NCBI GenBank assembly: GCA_963675595.2
Contig: CAXXLZ010000002.1
Coordinates: 4,544,001-4,608,000, forward strand
Direction: 5' to 3'
Length of the DNA stretch: 64,000 nucleotides
Source: Thermodesulfobacteriota bacterium
Lineage (GTDB): Bacteria > Desulfobacterota > Desulfarculia > JACQYL01
Positions 51,586-60,070 of this stretch are shown here, in pieces. A program made the position numbers and the translations under genes. How positions within the stretch are numbered: the first letter of the stretch is position 1; each line of letters begins with the position of its first letter. The notes below the pieces were generated by a model. It was not told the DNA's origin. It searched no databases and worked only from the letters and a program-made list of their open reading frames with translations.

Positions 51586-52848
51586 ATGTATCTCTTTCTG
51601 ATCTCTTTTCTCATCACATACGGAACTCTTCATTTATACTTTTACAGGAACTTCGTTCGTTCTCGACCTCGGAGGTTCAAGGGGCGACGTGCGTTGGTCG
51701 TCGCCTTGATCATAGGGGTCTTCTCTCCGGTATTGGTCAACCTCTCCCTTCGCTTGGAAAACCGTCTTCTGACCCAGTGCCTCGCCTATGCCGGCTACCT
51801 TTGGATGGCCGGGCTGTTTCTGCACTGCTGCCTGTATGCTTGTTACGACACGCTCCGGTTTTCCACGAGAGCGTTGTCGACGTTTTTTTCCGGGGTAAAG
51901 GGGATCGGCAACCATAACGGCCTGTTCCCGGTCGTATCTTTGACGGTGGTCTGTATCCTGGGCTTTGGGGGATTCGAAGCCCGGCACATTCGTAAGGAAA
52001 CCGTGCGTCTGGAAACCTCGAAACTGCCGCCGGGCGTGGATCGTATTCGTATCGTCCAGGTATCCGATATTCATTTCAGCACGATCAACAACGAATATTT
52101 CGCCGAAGAAGTTGCCGGGCTTCTGAAGAGTCTGAATCCGGATATACTGGTTTCCACGGGTGATCTGATCGACCGGGGCTTATTCGATCGGCGGCGTGTC
52201 GCCGATTTGTTACGGAATTTGGAGACCCCCCTGGGAAAATATGCCGTTGCTGGAAATCATGAGTTCTATGCCGGGCTTGACGACGCCTTGAATTTCACGG
52301 AAAGGGCCGGGTTCAGGGTCTTGCGGAACGAGGCGGTTCGGGTTCATGGTCTTGTGACCGTGGTGGGGGTGGACGATCCGGCCGGAGCCCGCATGGGTCT
52401 GCCTCCGCCCGATGAAAAAGGGGCTTTTTCGGAGGTGCGCGGGGATCTGTACACCTTGCTGCTGAAGCATCGGCCGCGGGTGAATTCCGACACTGTCGGG
52501 CGGTTTGATCTGCAGCTTTCCGGACACACCCACGACGGCCAGATCTTCCCATTCAAGCTTGTTACCGCGATCTTCTATCCTTACATCCGAGGCTTCTTCA
52601 GTTTGGCCGAAGGGGGGGCGCTCTACGTGAGCCGAGGCACCGGCACCTTCGGCCCGCCGGTTCGGTTCCTGGCGCCGCCCGAGGTGACGGTCATAGACCT
52701 GGAGACCGTTCAGGCGGGGGCCGCATCTCGCGACGGGAGTCACGCATGGGGGCGGAGCGTGAGCTTGGATCGAAGGTCCATGAAATCGCGTAAGGAAGGC
52801 CTGTTTGGGACCGGGGACCATCCTGCTTCATCGAACCCGCCACAATGA
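51586..52848 (+). CDS. membrane-anchored metallophosphoesterase
   Basis: SDIH, TGD, GNHE, SGHTHDGQ, SRGTG. Confidence 0.9.
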   Translation: MYLFLISFLITYGTLHLYFYRNFVRSRPRRFKGRRALVVALIIGVFSPVLVNLSLRLENRLLTQCLAYAGYLWMAGLFLHCCLYACYDTLRFSTRALSTFFSGVKGIGNHNGLFPVVSLTVVCILGFGGFEARHIRKETVRLETSKLPPGVDRIRIVQVSDIHFSTINNEYFAEEVAGLLKSLNPDILVSTGDLIDRGLFDRRRVADLLRNLETPLGKYAVAGNHEFYAGLDDALNFTERAGFRVLRNEAVRVHGLVTVVGVDDPAGARMGLPPPDEKGAFSEVRGDLYTLLLKHRPRVNSDTVGRFDLQLSGHTHDGQIFPFKLVTAIFYPYIRGFFSLAEGGALYVSRGTGTFGPPVRFLAPPEVTVIDLETVQAGAASRDGSHAWGRSVSLDRRSMKSRKEGLFGTGDHPASSNPPQ

Positions 52849-52885
52849 TTCACGATTCACCACATCGCACGGGCGCTTCTTCAAA

Positions 52886-54166
52886 TTACTTCTCGGATGG
52901 GAAAACGACCCCCAACACCTGATCGATTCTCCTGAGTGAGCCCAGAACGAGCCGTCGCCGGACCGGTTCCAGAGCTCCCCTGCGCGCGGCATCCGCCAAC
53001 CCGGAGACTTCCTCGAGGAGACCGTCGAAGGCTCCCCGCACGTCGAGATCATCGTTCATGGCGTTCTCGAAAACATCGAGCAGCGAGGTCGCTTCAGGAC
53101 AAGTCGTCTCCTCCGGGAGAGAATCGGGCTCTTCGATGCCGGCAGAGAGGATATCCACCAACCCCCTGAAATCGTCCAGTTTCTTCGCCGCCCCCTCGAG
53201 TCCCTTGCCGGTTAGGTTCTTTCGGGACCTGTAGTGTCCATAAATCAAGAAGAATCTCAGGTGCTCGGGACGGTATCCGTTCTTGGTGAAATCCTCGATG
53301 TAGACGATGTTTCCCTTGCTCTTGGACATCTTGGCGCCGTCAACGAGCAGATGCTCGCCATGAAGCCAGAACCGGGAGAAGGTTCGCTTTGAGAGCGCTT
53401 CCATTACGGCGATGGTGTAGTCGTGGTGACGGAAAAGGTTGTCCACCCCGCCGCACGCCACGTCGATCTCGAAACCCAGATATTCGGCGATGATGGCTGG
53501 ATCCTGGATGTTCCAGGAGGGCCTCCCTCTGCCGATGGAGGTGTCCCAAGCGGGTTCCCCGACCTTGGCGGAGCCGTGCCACAAAATGAAATCGCCCAGG
53601 TTCCATCGTTGTCCGGGATACGTGTCCTTGCGAAATCGGACTTTTTTCTTGGGCCAGCGAGACATGTCCAACCCAAAAAGTTTACCGAATCCCTCGAATT
53701 TCAGAGGGTCAAAAAAAATGTCCCCTTGGTGACGGTAGGCGTAACCTTCATCCATGAGCCTTTGGACCAAGCGAGCGGCTTCCTGGACGTTTGTGGAGGC
53801 TCGGTGAATCAAGCCGGGCAGTTGAATCCTCAGGCGGGAACTTTCCTCAAAGAATTTTTCTTCGACGGGGTCGACCAATTCCCGAACGGAAAGGCTCTTC
53901 TCCTTGGCTTCGGCAATAGCTTTGTCCTCAACGTCCGTGAAATTGATGACGCGATGTACCCGGTATCCAAGGTACTCGAGGTACCGTTGGAGGACATCTT
54001 CGAAAAGGAAGGTTCGATAGTTGCCCAGGTGCGGCCTGCGGTACACGGAAGGGCCGCAGGTGAACATTTTTACCGAATTGTCCTCTCTAGGGGAGAAGAG
54101 TTCCTTGGTTCGCGTCAGGGTGTTGTTCAGTCGGAGTGAAGGCCTCCGGGAGTCCGGATTCAGCAT
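52886..54166 (-). CDS. cysteinyl-tRNA synthetase-like protein (divergent class I paralogue)
   Basis: CGPSVY, HLGN, NFTDVEDK, DFILW, KMSKS present; GWHIEC and HHENE motifs altered; C-terminus short. Confidence 0.85.
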   Translation of the reverse strand: MLNPDSRRPSLRLNNTLTRTKELFSPREDNSVKMFTCGPSVYRRPHLGNYRTFLFEDVLQRYLEYLGYRVHRVINFTDVEDKAIAEAKEKSLSVRELVDPVEEKFFEESSRLRIQLPGLIHRASTNVQEAARLVQRLMDEGYAYRHQGDIFFDPLKFEGFGKLFGLDMSRWPKKKVRFRKDTYPGQRWNLGDFILWHGSAKVGEPAWDTSIGRGRPSWNIQDPAIIAEYLGFEIDVACGGVDNLFRHHDYTIAVMEALSKRTFSRFWLHGEHLLVDGAKMSKSKGNIVYIEDFTKNGYRPEHLRFFLIYGHYRSRKNLTGKGLEGAAKKLDDFRGLVDILSAGIEEPDSLPEETTCPEATSLLDVFENAMNDDLDVRGAFDGLLEEVSGLADAARRGALEPVRRRLVLGSLRRIDQVLGVVFPSEK

Positions 54167-54221
54167 GGTTGCTCCTCATGGAGTTTGACGATGGAAATCT
54201 ATGAAACGGAGCGCCGGCTCA

Positions 54222-54381
54222 ACAGTCCGTTTAAAAGGTCCGATTATTGCGGGCCGGTGGAAAACGATGACACGCTGGGCGCCCAAATCCCGTACAACGA
54301 GCAATACATCCAAGTGCGTCGCAGTGACGTGACGAGAGATGCGGCGCAATGAGGTAGATCGCGCCTGTATCAGTCCGTCAA
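54222..54381. repeat. degenerate second copy of the 505-655 element (inverted)
   Basis: Collinear blocks CCGTT.AAAAGG.CCG, GGCCGG, AAACGAT, GGCGC.CAA.TCCCG, TACAT, CAGTGACG, GATCGCG. Confidence 0.6.
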
Positions 54382-54775
54382 CACGGCCTTGGTGAAAGCC
54401 CCACCGGATTCGACGCCTGCCGCAAGTGAAAACCGCGAGAGGATGTCTTGACGTTGATGGGTAAGAAGCCCTCCGAAAAAGATTGACCACCAGTTTAGCA
54501 TACTCCCGCCGTCATGCCAGTACTTCTATGTTGGGACGTCGAATACGAGCCTCCGGTGTTAAGCACATGAACCGAGGTCGAGCCTGCGATGCACGCGTTC
54601 GGCCCGTTTCCTCAACCGACCCGGTTGCACGCGGCGGAATCCTGATCTGTTTGCTTCGAGTACAGGTTTAAGAGGCCGGATATCCGTTGGATACCCGATA
54701 TCTTCTCCGCTCGGTGTGCGTTAATTTGCAATCTATCGAAAAAGTTGATTCGTTGCCGTGAGAAAGGAAAGGGTT

Positions 54776-54967
54776 ATGCCGATTTATTCCTATGCTTGTC
54801 CGAACTGCGGATTGGAAGAGAGCCGTATCGCCGGAGTGGACGACCGTACCGTGAAATGCACCGGATGTGATCAAGATATGCGTCGAATGACCTCCGATGA
54901 GGATTTGTTTCGGGCCTACTGGGAAACCAGCGATTCCCGAATTGGACGACGGATGGAGAAAAACTGA
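54776..54967 (+). CDS. FmdB-family zinc ribbon protein
   Basis: MPIYSYACPNCG...CTGC; AAAGGA RBS. Confidence 0.8.
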   Translation: MPIYSYACPNCGLEESRIAGVDDRTVKCTGCDQDMRRMTSDEDLFRAYWETSDSRIGRRMEKN

Positions 54968-55163
54968 GGATATCCACGCACGGCCGGCCATAATTTCTTC
55001 CACGATTGCATCGTGATCTCCCATGATTAAAATTTTTGTGAGGGCGATGCCCTTAAGAATGCGCTTCGTTCATACGGCGGAGCCGCAGAAGAGCTAGCCG
55101 ATCCGCCTCTGTGCGGTCGGCTGTGAGTGCTGAACGGTTACATCGAGAAAGGAGGTCGTTCAA

Positions 55164-55613
55164 ATGACGGTACCATCCATCAAGAAAAGGAGACCTTTCT
55201 GGATGACGCCCTTCGGAAGGGAGCCATGGGGAGATCTTTGGACCGATCGTTTGTGGCCGGAATGGCCGAGATACGGCGGCGACGAGTTCATACCGGTTTC
55301 CAACTTCTATGAGAAAGACGGCAAGTTTTTTCTGACCGCCGAACTCCCCGGTGTGAAACGGGAGGATATCGGCATCGATATCGACAGCAACGTGGTGACC
55401 ATCTCCGGTAAGCGCCAGTCGGAAAAGGAAGAAGAAGGAGCGGACTACTATTTGAAGGAATCGGCCTACGGTTCTTTTTCCAAGTCTTACCGTCTGCCTG
55501 CGGAGATCGAGGAGGACAAGGTCGAGGCGACGTTCAAGGACGGAGTCCTGAAGGTCGTCATGCCGCATAAGGAAGCGCCGACAAGAAAGAAAATCGAGAT
55601 TACCGAGAAATAG
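55164..55613 (+). CDS. Hsp20/alpha-crystallin small heat-shock protein
   Basis: AELPGV, YGSFSKSYRLP, ATFKDGVL; AGGAGG RBS. Confidence 0.94.
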   Translation: MTVPSIKKRRPFWMTPFGREPWGDLWTDRLWPEWPRYGGDEFIPVSNFYEKDGKFFLTAELPGVKREDIGIDIDSNVVTISGKRQSEKEEEGADYYLKESAYGSFSKSYRLPAEIEEDKVEATFKDGVLKVVMPHKEAPTRKKIEITEK

Positions 55614-55616
55614 ATG

Positions 55617-55646
55617 CATTCCGCCGGGCTGAAGCCCGGCGGAATG
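55617..55646. repeat. perfect intergenic hairpin (REP-like or RNA-stabilising)
   Basis: CATTCCGCCGGGCT-GA-AGCCCGGCGGAATG; no U-tract. Confidence 0.55.
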
Positions 55647-55688
55647 GTCGTCCCCCATGAATTCGTAAGATAAGGAAGGAGTCGCTTC

Positions 55689-55874
55689 ATGAAGGTAAAG
55701 GTGGACGCGAATGTATGTGCAGGCACGGGCAATTGCGAAGCTACCTGCCCAAAGGTATTCGAAGTGAAGGGAGGCGTTTCGCAGGTGATCGCCGACCCGG
55801 TACCCCGGGATCAGGAAGATTGTGCTCGTTCCGCCGTGGATGGGTGCCCCACGGGTGCCATCTCCATTGTTTAG
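55689..55874 (+). CDS. single-cluster ferredoxin (3Fe-4S type)
   Basis: CAGTGNCEATCP ... CPTGAI; AAGGAG RBS. Confidence 0.88.
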   Translation: MKVKVDANVCAGTGNCEATCPKVFEVKGGVSQVIADPVPRDQEDCARSAVDGCPTGAISIV

Positions 55875-56207
55875 GCGTCCGGCCTTGAAGCGTTTCCCCT
55901 CCTTTTGATGGATTCAAAGACTCTTTCAGATCAATGGTGTATGTAGTCCCGGGGGGGGCGTCCCCCCAATCACCCCTCCGTGCTCTCTCCCTTTCTGTTT
56001 CACCCAAAGTAACGCCGCAAAAGCTTCCGCTGTTTTCAGGAGACCGAGTAACCATGGAGGTACCGGCCACCACTTTGACAGTGTGTGCGCGATGCATCAC
56101 AATGCTATGAGGATGTGCACGAATTCGGTTCTTGGTCGATTTCCCGCTCGGTGGGGGAGCACCGCTCCATCCAAGAGGGCGGATTGAGGCCCTGGGAGGG
56201 CGCCGTC

Positions 56208-57590
56208 ATGGCCGAAGCTTCAAAAATGACTCCAAAGACCGACGCCACTACCGAGGCCATCCTGGAAAGCATTTCGGATGGTGTTTTCACGGTGGACTCG
56301 GAGTGGCGCATTACCTCGTTCAATCGAGCGGCCGAGCAGATCACCGGAGTGGCGCGCTCCGACGCTCTGGGACGTCGCTGTTCGGAGGTGTTTCGTTCCA
56401 ACATGTGCACGACGGCCTGCGCGCTGCATGAAACATTGAAGACGGGCAAGCCGATCATCGGTAAATCCGGATTCATCATCGATTCGGAAGGAGAACGGAT
56501 TCCCATCAGCGTTTCCACGGCGGTGCTGCGAAATGCTCGAGGACAGGTCATCGGGGGAGCCGAGACCTTCCGCGATTTGAGCGAAATCGAGGCCTTGCGC
56601 AGAGAACTGGAAGGCCGGTTCCGCGTGGGCGACCTTGTAAGTCATAGTCCCTTGATGCAGAGAGTGTTCGAGGTGCTGCCCGCCGTGGCGGTGAGCCCGA
56701 GTACGGTGCTGATCCTGGGAGAGACCGGCACCGGCAAGGAATTGGTGGCCAGGACCATCCACGATCTGAGCACCCGCAGGGAAGGTCCGTTTGTGGCCGT
56801 GAACTGCGGTGCGCTTCCGGACACGCTTCTTGAATCCGAACTTTTCGGGTACAAGGCCGGAGCCTTTACGGGAGCCGGCAAAGACAAGCCCGGGCGTTTC
56901 GCGTTGGCTCAAGGGGGCACCCTCTTGCTGGATGAAATCGGCGAGGTCAGTCCCGCACTTCAGGTAAGACTCCTCCGAGTGTTGCAGGAACACAAATATG
57001 AACCGCTGGGCTCCGTTCGATCCGAGAATTCCGACGCCCGCATCATTGCGGCCACGAACAAAGACTTGTCGGAACAGGTGCGCAAAAGGGAATTTCGAGA
57101 AGACCTGTACTACCGGGTAAACGTAGTCAGGATCGAACTGCCCCCGCTGCGACGCCGAAAAGAGGATATTCCCCTCTTGGTGGAGGAGTTCATCAAACGC
57201 TTCAATCGACTGCAGGGGAAGTCCGTGGAAGGAGTATCATCCGAGGCCTTCTCTCTGCTGATGGCGCACGACTGGCCCGGAAATGTGCGTGAATTGGAAA
57301 ACGCCGTGGAGCGAGCCTTCGTGCTGTGCAAAGAAGGTTTGATCTCCGTCTCCCATCTTCCCGAGGAACTGACCGCCCACGGCGCGGTCTTGTCTCCCTC
57401 CTCCCAAATCCGTGCGGCCCATGATCTTCTGGATGCCCAGGCCATCCGCACTGCATTGGAGCGGAACCATTACAACCGCACCGCGGCGGCGAGAGAGCTG
57501 GGAATTCATAAGACTACGCTTTTTCGCAGGATCAAGAAGCTGGGCCTCACCCTGCCTCATGCGGATGGGCGTTCGACACACAGAGAGTAG
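56208..57590 (+). CDS. sigma-54-dependent activator, PAS-AAA+-Fis HTH (OrpR-like)
   Basis: PAS with Cx8Cx3C, GETGTGKE, GAFTGA, WPGNVREL, HTH. Confidence 0.92.
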   Translation: MAEASKMTPKTDATTEAILESISDGVFTVDSEWRITSFNRAAEQITGVARSDALGRRCSEVFRSNMCTTACALHETLKTGKPIIGKSGFIIDSEGERIPISVSTAVLRNARGQVIGGAETFRDLSEIEALRRELEGRFRVGDLVSHSPLMQRVFEVLPAVAVSPSTVLILGETGTGKELVARTIHDLSTRREGPFVAVNCGALPDTLLESELFGYKAGAFTGAGKDKPGRFALAQGGTLLLDEIGEVSPALQVRLLRVLQEHKYEPLGSVRSENSDARIIAATNKDLSEQVRKREFREDLYYRVNVVRIELPPLRRRKEDIPLLVEEFIKRFNRLQGKSVEGVSSEAFSLLMAHDWPGNVRELENAVERAFVLCKEGLISVSHLPEELTAHGAVLSPSSQIRAAHDLLDAQAIRTALERNHYNRTAAARELGIHKTTLFRRIKKLGLTLPHADGRSTHRE

Positions 57591-57635
57591 CGTTATTGCT
57601 ACCATGAAGTGCTCATTAAGTAGCGGAAATGCTAC
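57587..57635. promoter_or_regulatory. two palindromic upstream activator sites GTAGC-N6-GCTAC
   Basis: GTAGCGTTATTGCTAC (57587-57602) and GTAGCGGAAATGCTAC (57620-57635), 33 bp apart. Confidence 0.72.
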
Positions 57636-57719
57636 TAATGGTCCCCCCTCGTTCCCCTGCCGATAGGAAAATTATCATCTAATTCCATGGGTTGTCAGCT
57701 TCTATGTGCTCTTCCGGCG

Positions 57720-57736
57720 CCGGCACAATAAATGCT
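57720..57736 (+). promoter_or_regulatory. sigma-54 (-24/-12) promoter
   Basis: CCGGCAC-AATAA-ATGCT; GG-N10-GC spacing; downstream of the activator gene and UAS. Confidence 0.78.
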
Positions 57737-57770
57737 TCATAAGAAGGCATCATTCGGAAGGAGCGACGGG

Positions 57771-58379
57771 ATGACGACAGCGGCGTTTGCGGCCTGGAAA
57801 AATCGAGTGGCACCGGTCTTCGACGTGATTGAGGAGATTCATCTCGTGGAGGCACAAGCGGGACGAATCCTTCGGGAGACCAGAGAGTCGGCGGCGGCGT
57901 CCCTACCGGTGGAACGGGTACTGCGTCTTGTGCAACTGCGCGTGGATACGTTGGTGTGCGGGGCGATCTCCAGGGGCCTGCACGCCATGATCGCCGCTTA
58001 CGGCATCCGGGTCATCCCCTTCGTCGCCGGTGATCTGAACAAAGTGATTCACGCTTGGCTGGGGGGGAAGTTGGAGTCTCCGGCCTTTGCCATGCCGGGT
58101 TGTTTTGGGCGAGGTCCTCGCCGGCTCAGGCCCAAGAACGGCAACCGTGGGGAGGAACATTTCATGATCGGGAAAAAAGGAACGGGAAGCGGCCAGGGGG
58201 GCGGACGCGGCCAAGGCGCGGGAGGTCAAGGAATGGGCCGAATGGGAGGTCGCATGGCGGCCGGTCCGTGCGGTTTCTGTGTGTGTGCGCAATGTGGCCG
58301 CAAAGAACCCCACAAACGGGGCGTACCTTGTCAAGAATTACGGTGCTCGGAGTGCGGCGCCGTAATGGTCAGAGAATAA
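57771..58379 (+). CDS. NifB/NifX-family (dinitrogenase FeMo-co-binding) protein with Gly-rich, Cys-rich tail
   Basis: RVAPVFD, LVCGAIS, MPGC; tail CVCAQC..HKRGVPC...CSEC. Confidence 0.82.
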   Translation: MTTAAFAAWKNRVAPVFDVIEEIHLVEAQAGRILRETRESAAASLPVERVLRLVQLRVDTLVCGAISRGLHAMIAAYGIRVIPFVAGDLNKVIHAWLGGKLESPAFAMPGCFGRGPRRLRPKNGNRGEEHFMIGKKGTGSGQGGGRGQGAGGQGMGRMGGRMAAGPCGFCVCAQCGRKEPHKRGVPCQELRCSECGAVMVRE

Positions 58380-58416
58380 CCGAGTAATCGTCATCTCAAC
58401 CATGGAGGACTGAAAA

Positions 58417-58794
58417 ATGCCAAGAGGAGACGGAACGGGACCCATGGGAATGGGTTCGATGACCGGACGCGCCGCAGGGCGGTGCGCGGGTTATGGAATG
58501 CCCGGGTACGCGAGTCGTCCGTACGCGGGTGGTTTCGCCGGAGGTTTCGGACGAGGCGGGGGATTCGGCGGCGGAGGACGTGCCTGGATGTGCCGGCGCT
58601 CGGGTCCCGGCTTTTCGGGATGGGCCGGATTCGGTCGAGGTGCGGGCCCTTATGCGTATGCGGGAGCCTACGGGAGGCCGGACCCTGAGACCGAGTCGCA
58701 GGTCTTAAGGGATCAAGCCGATGCCTTGCGGGCGGAACTGGATTTCATTGAAAAGCGGCTTTCGGAAATGAGCGCTCGATCCGACCGCGACTAG
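58417..58794 (+). CDS. DUF5320-family protein
   Basis: MPRGDGTGPMGMGSMTGR..G.C, Gly-rich middle, C-terminal coiled coil. Confidence 0.85.
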   Translation: MPRGDGTGPMGMGSMTGRAAGRCAGYGMPGYASRPYAGGFAGGFGRGGGFGGGGRAWMCRRSGPGFSGWAGFGRGAGPYAYAGAYGRPDPETESQVLRDQADALRAELDFIEKRLSEMSARSDRD

Positions 58795-58805
58795 CGGACG
58801 CGCGT

Positions 58806-58828
58806 CCCGCCGCATGCAATGCGGCGGG
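58806..58828. other. intra-operon hairpin
   Basis: CCCGCCGCAT-GCA-ATGCGGCGGG perfect 10-bp stem. Confidence 0.5.
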
Positions 58829-58854
58829 CGGGCAAAAGCCGGACGGAAGAAGTG

Positions 58855-59853
58855 ATGAAAACCATCGGATTTCGGCATGTGTACGGGCCCGTGCCTTCGA
58901 GGCGCCTGGGGCGATCTCTCGGGGTCGATCTGGTGCCGTACAAGACCTGCACCTTTGACTGTATTTATTGTCAACTGGGGCGGACGACGAACAGGACACT
59001 GCAACGGCGGTACTACGTGCCTGCGGAAGAGATTCTTGAAGAGCTCGATAGGAAGTTGTCCGAAGGGAATCCGCCTGATTACGTCACGCTCGCGGGTTCG
59101 GGGGAGCCCACCCTCCACAGCGGTTTGGAGGAAATCATTCGTAGAGTCAAAGCCTTAACGTCGGTTCCCGTTGTCGTGCTGACCAACGGATCACTGCTGT
59201 GGATGACCGAAGTCCGTGACGCCCTCATGGAGGCCGATGTGGTCGTGCCCTCATTGGACGCCGGGGATGAAGTGGGCTTTCGCAAAGTCAACCGACCGGT
59301 GGCCGGCATCCGATTCCATCAGATGGTGGAGGGTATGATTTCGTTCACTCGGCGCTTTTCGGGCGAGGTATGGTTGGAGGTTTTTCTCCTGGAAGGAATC
59401 AACGACTCCCCGGTCGAAGTTGGAAAGATGGCCAAAACGGCACAACGTATGGGGCCGACGAGAATTCAACTGAACACGGTGGCGAGGCCCCCCGCGGAGC
59501 GTTTTGCGCGGCCGGTTTCTTCGGATCGGTTGCAGGAGCTGAAGGCGTTGTTTCCGGGTCGGGTGGAAATCGTTTGTGATGTTGCGCCGGCCGGCTCTGC
59601 CTTATCGACCCTTTCGGGGGCGCGGGATGCGGAAATCCGAGCCTTGTTGCATCGGCGCCCCTGCACGGCCGGCGATGTTGCCGCGGGTTTGGGCATTCAC
59701 ATGGCGGAAGTGCTCAAGCACCTGAGTTGCCTGGTGGACGCCGGTGAAGTGAAGGCGGTGGATGTGAGCGGGGACACGTTCTATCTGGCCGTTGACCTCC
59801 TCGCCGGATCAGCGTTGGAGCCGGAGAAAACGGAGACGGGCAAAGAGGGGTGA
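58855..59853 (+). CDS. radical SAM protein (COG0731-like) with C-terminal HTH-like segment
   Basis: YGPVPSRRLGRSLG, CTFDCIYC, GSGEPTL. Confidence 0.88.
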   Translation: MKTIGFRHVYGPVPSRRLGRSLGVDLVPYKTCTFDCIYCQLGRTTNRTLQRRYYVPAEEILEELDRKLSEGNPPDYVTLAGSGEPTLHSGLEEIIRRVKALTSVPVVVLTNGSLLWMTEVRDALMEADVVVPSLDAGDEVGFRKVNRPVAGIRFHQMVEGMISFTRRFSGEVWLEVFLLEGINDSPVEVGKMAKTAQRMGPTRIQLNTVARPPAERFARPVSSDRLQELKALFPGRVEIVCDVAPAGSALSTLSGARDAEIRALLHRRPCTAGDVAAGLGIHMAEVLKHLSCLVDAGEVKAVDVSGDTFYLAVDLLAGSALEPEKTETGKEG

Positions 59854-59872
59854 CGGCCGATTGGAGAGGATT

Positions 59873-60070
59873 TTGTCGCGTCCGGAAGAGCGGTTGTTTG
59901 CGTCGACGAGTGTGGGATGCGGAACCTGCTCCGAATTTTGCCCGAGTGTATCTGAACTCGACGAGGAGGAAGGAAAGGCGGTCGCGATCCTCGCCGAAAG
60001 AAGCCCGGAGGATTTCATGAAAAAGGCCGTGACCTTATGCCGGGCGGAGTGCATTCATTGGGAAAAATGA
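59873..60070 (+). pseudogene. degenerate ferredoxin
   Basis: SVGCGTCSEFCP...CRAECIHWE; the first Cys of CxxCxxC is present only in another frame. Confidence 0.55.

Noticed and set aside
55107-55133. CIRCE (HrcA) operator upstream of hsp20
   Set aside because: Only a right half-site (GAGTGCTGA); no TTAGCACTC arm at 9-bp spacing.
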